A DNA stretch of 64,000 nt from Adineta vaga (taxonomy: Eukaryota > Animalia > Rotifera), in contig CP075492.1 in the NCBI GenBank assembly GCA_021613535.1, positions 18,104,001 through 18,168,000 of the forward strand. The letters run 5' to 3'. The notes beneath the pieces were generated by a model that had not been told where the DNA came from, made no database searches, and saw only the letters and a program-made list of their open reading frames with translations. Every line of letters begins with the position of its first letter. The first letter of the stretch is position 1. Shown in pieces: positions 63,993 through 64,000 of the stretch. A program made the translations under genes and the position numbers.

Positions 63993-64000
63993 TGCTAATA

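Overview
AT-rich eukaryotic DNA with short GT-AG introns. The gene families present (ART-TPR, LDLa/EGF-7TM receptors, caspase-like domains, candidate foreign genes) and the (TGTGGG)n tracts point to a bdelloid rotifer; this is an inference. The main feature is a 16.1-kb DNA-transposon-like element at 10633-26742. It has imperfect terminal inverted repeats, an exact 8-bp target-site duplication (GTTTAGTA) and inverted subterminal repeat arrays. It has inserted into an LDLa/EGF-GPCR gene, and removing it restores an uninterrupted reading frame of about 1609 aa. The element carries a ~4.8-kb array of 61-64-bp tandem repeats and an intact PrimPol-type primase-polymerase. It also carries a multi-exon gene with a possible DUF3987/AAA+-lid region and a duplicated domain, and an intact three-exon CxC5-CxC6-KDZ (Kyakuja/Dileera/Zisupton) transposase. 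Together these suggest a transposon carrying its own replication module. Elsewhere, short head-to-head TGTGGG...CCCACA hairpins repeatedly sit at junctions where genes or TE fragments are cut off. Other genes: two caspase-like genes (one with NHL repeats, one possibly fused to a PABP), an ART-TPR, an ADP1-type ABCG transporter, an astacin pseudogene, a GH31, a class A GPCR, a second LDLa/EGF-GPCR, a PAN-LamG protein, and hAT and LINE remnants.
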